DNA of 64,000 bases from Octopus bimaculoides (Eukaryota): contig NC_068984.1 in the NCBI RefSeq assembly GCF_001194135.2, forward strand, positions 57,946,552 to 58,010,551. The letters run 5' to 3'. Both the position numbers and the translations under genes were made by a program. Position 1 is the stretch's first letter, and each line of letters starts with the position of its first letter. A model generated the notes under the pieces. The model had not been told where the DNA came from. It worked only from the letters and a program-made list of their open reading frames with translations, and did not search any database. Positions 63,901 through 64,000 of this stretch are shown here, piece by piece.

Positions 63901-64000
63901 TGTATATGTTGGACTTTTTTAAAATTGTTCATTTTATTGTTTACGGTGAATTGGTTTACTGATTTTATATGAGACTAACTATTTTGTTTCTTCATATATG

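Overview
This is AT-rich animal (eukaryotic) genomic DNA with six assembly gaps (N runs). The SINE, LINE and MITE repertoire looks like that of an octopod cephalopod (inference). The main feature is the 5' part of an SCP2/SCPx (SCP2-type thiolase) gene on the minus strand. I assembled 12 coding exons by hand from ATG 36621 down to 6171: all have GT-AG ends, the phases are consistent, and they total 982 nt (327 codons). They include the catalytic NNNCSTG and the SCP2-thiolase HDCF motifs. The remaining 3' exons lie left of the window. The rest is mostly intron or intergenic sequence. It contains a decayed near-full-length RTE LINE, other RT remnants, two piggyBac transposase remnants, a probable non-autonomous Helitron, several MITEs with clear TIRs and TSDs, many tRNA-derived SINEs, and microsatellites. 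A probable first coding exon of an unidentified second gene sits at about 48.35 kb (+). I found no prokaryote-type system (CRISPR, operon, defence locus). The items most worth a second look are a 290-bp tandem/inverted array carrying a near-complete tRNA cloverleaf, a small MITE with an unusual 5-bp TSD, two Merlin-like MITEs, a pre-miRNA-like hairpin, and a CpG compositional boundary.
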